Source of the DNA: Lingula anatina
Taxonomy: Eukaryota; Animalia; Brachiopoda
DNA length: 64,000 nucleotides
Assembly (NCBI GenBank): GCA_051362555.1
Contig: CM120641.1
Coordinates: 2,232,001-2,296,000 of the forward strand
Direction: 5' to 3'
Shown here: positions 63,495 to 64,000 of the stretch, in pieces
Layout of the letters: each line of letters starts with the position of its first letter
How positions within the stretch are numbered: the stretch's first letter is position 1
The notes under the pieces: model-generated
Databases searched by the model: none
The model's input: only the letters and a program-made list of their open reading frames with translations
Told to the model about the DNA's origin: nothing
Made by a program: the position numbers and the translations under genes

Positions 63495-64000
63495 GTTGAA
63501 CGAATGTGATCCCTCAGTGCCTTCCTTTGCTGATTGCACAACGTTTTTATAAGTTTTTATACGTTGATTATCAGGACCTTAGTCATTAACGATGAGATTA
63601 ACGGGTCCTCGCCACTTAATTTTCTACGTAAGTTCCTTTAGTCTTGCGTTTGATTACTGGCTCTATTTACATTACAGTACTGAGATTTTGCTCACAACAT
63701 TTCGAAATGTATACTTTACATACTGGGTTTTGAAAGATTAAAATAAAAAAGTTATATCATTTATCAGGAACGTAATGTAGGATTGCGCGTAAGGTTCTTT
63801 TATCAATGTAGAAGGGATCACATGTTGTTCAGTGGCCAAGAAACAATTATGTTTCTTGTATTCGGATAACTAGCTTTTGAAACAAAAACGAATAAATTGA
63901 TGGAGGTGGCGTTATTGCAATGCCACATTATACAGTATAGAACTGTTAGACCTTCCATGACAAGCTTTTTGGAACCCTGTGTATGTATTATATACGGACA

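Overview
This is AT-rich, intron-rich animal genomic DNA. It is an invertebrate, and the repeat types suggest a mollusc or other lophotrochozoan (inference only). Five genes alternate in orientation: (1) the 5' end of an unidentified minus-strand gene, seen only as probable non-coding or 5' exons (1-13.5 kb); (2) an 8-exon ER-membrane thioredoxin-domain gene (13732-20665, +); (3) splicing factor 1, SF1 (24194-32217, -, 13 exons); (4) POLR3A/RPC1 (32773-55705, +, 37 coding exons), head-to-head with SF1; (5) a secreted PAN/apple + 2x AbfB-like protein (61229-63494, -). The most unusual signal is in POLR3A. The intron before the trigger-loop exon is built almost entirely from 14 tandem 45-bp copies of its own 3' splice junction, giving in-frame and frameshifting acceptors. 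That exon is followed by a U12 AT-AC intron. A second AT-AC intron contains an extra internal set of U12-like signals. Other points: a candidate poison exon in SF1, a decayed ISL2EU-type transposon (SAP/YqaJ plus THAP/DDE remnants), two hAT-like MITE families with 5-bp target duplications, and two inverted Helentron-like composite arrays bracketing the POLR3A 3' end. All gene models were built by eye from splice signals and remembered protein motifs; no searches were run.
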